Shown in pieces: positions 61,922 to 64,000 of a stretch of 64,000 nt of DNA (position 1 is the first letter of the stretch; each line of letters opens with the position of its first letter). The notes under the pieces are model-generated. The model did not search any database and had not been told where the DNA came from. It saw nothing but the letters and a program-made list of their open reading frames with translations. The translations under genes and the position numbers were made by a program. The stretch comes from Octopus sinensis. Taxonomy: Eukaryota. The stretch covers positions 7,068,001 to 7,132,000 of the forward strand of contig NC_043017.1 in the NCBI RefSeq assembly GCF_006345805.1, in the 5' to 3' direction.

Positions 61922-62130
61922 CTACAGAAAGAAAACAGAAACGTCTATGAGAGTCAGTGAGAGGGGAGGGTGCGATCGAGTTCTTACGCTGACGGGGGGG
62001 GGGGGGCGGGTTTGAGAGATATATATATAAACGGGCAGCGAAGTACGGGATGTACATTACTGTACATCTATTTAGTAGTACTCTCTCTCATCTGTACTTA
62101 CATACTTTGGGCCACAAAAGTGAAGTCAAC

Positions 62131-62177
62131 AAAGTGCTGAAGAGGCCTCATAATGCTGAAACATGTCCAGAATCTTT
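62131..62177 (+). ncRNA. Type I hammerhead-like motif, family F
   Basis: AAAGUG-CUGAAGA-GGC cucauaau GCU-GAAAC-AU-GUC-CA(gaau)CUUU; palindromic ACAUGU stem III; weak proximal stem I. Confidence 0.55.
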
Positions 62178-64000
62178 AACTTTTGTTTTCCTTTTTATGA
62201 CTTAATCAAGAGGAAGAGCAGGGTTCATGGCCCCTTTTAGGGAGGTAAGTAGGAAGGCAAGTGGGTAAATAAGTAGGTGGATAGGTAGGTAGGTATACAC
62301 ACCAAATTGTGACAAAGGATGGCGCTTTGTATTTGAGAGAAGACATCTCCCTCACTTTCTTAACACTATGAAACAAGAGTCAAGAACTGATCTGCAAGTC
62401 CTTTTGGGGTTTAACCCTTTCATTACCAACCCAGCTGAAACCGGCTCTGGCTCTGAGTACAAATGTCTTGTTTCCATAAGTTTTGAATTAAAATCTTTCA
62501 CCAAATTTTAGTCACAATTTATGTTCCTAACACTATATATATATATATATATGAGGTGGTTATGGCACTGGGCTGACAATCATGAGGCAGTGAGTTTGAT
62601 TCCAGGACTAGGCTGTGTTGTGCTCTTTAGCAAGACATTATTTCATGTCATGACGTCACTGGTGCCAAACTATCAGCCTTTGCCTTTCTCTTGGACAACA
62701 TCAGTGGCATGGAGAGGGGAGACTAGTATGCAGGCGCGACTGCTGGCCTTCCATAAACAACCTTACCCGCACTTGTGCCTTGGGGGGGAACTTTCTAAGT
62801 GCAATGCAATCCCATGGTCATTCATGGCCGAAGGGGTCCTCACCCTTTTAAAATGAGATTTATCTCTCGCTGGATAGAGTACTCTTTTTGTCGAGCCTAC
62901 TAATAACGGAACAGTAAACTACATATAACTATCATCATTGTTTTATGTCTGCTTTCCATGTGGGCGTGGGTTGTACAATTCAACAAGATCCAATAGGTTT
63001 GAGGACCAGTGTCTCAGTTTGGGCAGGGCATTTATGGCTGGACGCCCTTCTTGACACCAACTTGCAAAAACGTAAAGAGACCCCAAAACTGAGAGGGAGA
63101 ATAAGAAAAAGGACAGTGACTTTCGGCATATATATTGTTTGTTCCTTCTCAAGCCAAGCCTGGCTCATTAGGGCCGGTTTCCTGGTTTCCTCGGCGTATA
63201 GGCTCCCCACCTGGATGGGACACCGGTCCGTCGCAGGTGAGCTGGCAGTGTTTCTACAGTTGGATGCCCTTCCTAATGCCAACCACTCCGTGAGTGTAGT
63301 GGGTGCTTTTTACGTGCAACTGGCTCAGGGGTCAGAAGAGGCTGGCAAACGGCCACGTTCGGATGGTGCATTTTAGGTGCCACCGGCACGGGTATCATAA
63401 CTACAATTTCCATTTGATGTTGACATAATTGACTCAATATATATATATATATAGTAAAGTTTATTTGCCAACGATGTTATTGTTGTTTGGCCCCAGGAAA
63501 AATCTTTTCCAGCTGGCTTTCGACACACCGTTTGTGTCTGCAAAGTGTAAGCCAAGGAAGGTCATCACTCCAATCTCTAGCCCTACGTGGTACTCAAAGA
63601 CCTAGGCTTCCGGGTTTTTTTCCACATCCTCGATGCAAGACAATCACAGGCTAGTGATGGAAGCTCACTCAACTTGCTTAAACTATATATTTTTTAAGCG
63701 ACACACAGTCGCTGATCATCTCACAAAGAGAGAAACAGCTAGTTTTAAATCTCTGAGAGAGAGATGCAATAACAGTACCAAATAGTAAAGTTTATTTGCC
63801 AACAGAATGTGACAGTCCTGTTCAAGTACGATGTTACTACTGTTGATCCCCAGGAAAAATCTTTTCCAACTGGCTATTGACACACACTTTGTGTCCATAT
63901 AGAGTAAGCAAGGGAGGTCACCTCTCCCATCTCATATTGTTCTCAAACAGAATACTTTGTCCAACTTTAAACTATGTACTAATTATAGTGAAAGGAGGAG

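Noticed and set aside
61960-62040. Candidate upstream SMAP exon ending at CAGC|gtaaga (~61988, -)
   Set aside because: Preceding sequence is poly-C/(TA)n with no open coding context; the first exon is left unassigned.

Overview
This is eukaryotic, repeat-rich genomic DNA. The SINE, MITE and microsatellite content suggests an octopod cephalopod (inference). Two intron-rich genes face each other tail-to-tail. On +, eight 3' exons of an STK33-like CAMK-group Ser/Thr kinase run from 1100 to 24309 (the 5' exons lie left of the window). On -, three exons of a small acidic protein (SMAP/C11orf58-like) run from 61921 to 48742 (first exon not found). The rest is tRNA-derived SINEs, piggyBac/mariner/MULE-like MITEs, a decayed hAT transposon with three nested insertions, RTE/CR1-like LINE scraps, a Penelope GIY-YIG remnant, minisatellites and very long (TA)n/(TG)n tracts. 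Most long ORFs in the supplied track are microsatellite artefacts. The most unusual signal is about 12 minimal type-I hammerhead-ribozyme (HHR) motifs from at least 6 apparently unrelated repeat families. They include an intact pair in a 97-bp perfect inverted repeat just downstream of the SMAP gene, a tRNA-headed HHR-bearing element, a tandem HHR-delimited ~630-645-nt unit carrying a mariner fragment, and two families with a CCGANGA (U4C) core. All folds were done by eye and none was tested. Coordinates of degenerate repeats are approximate.
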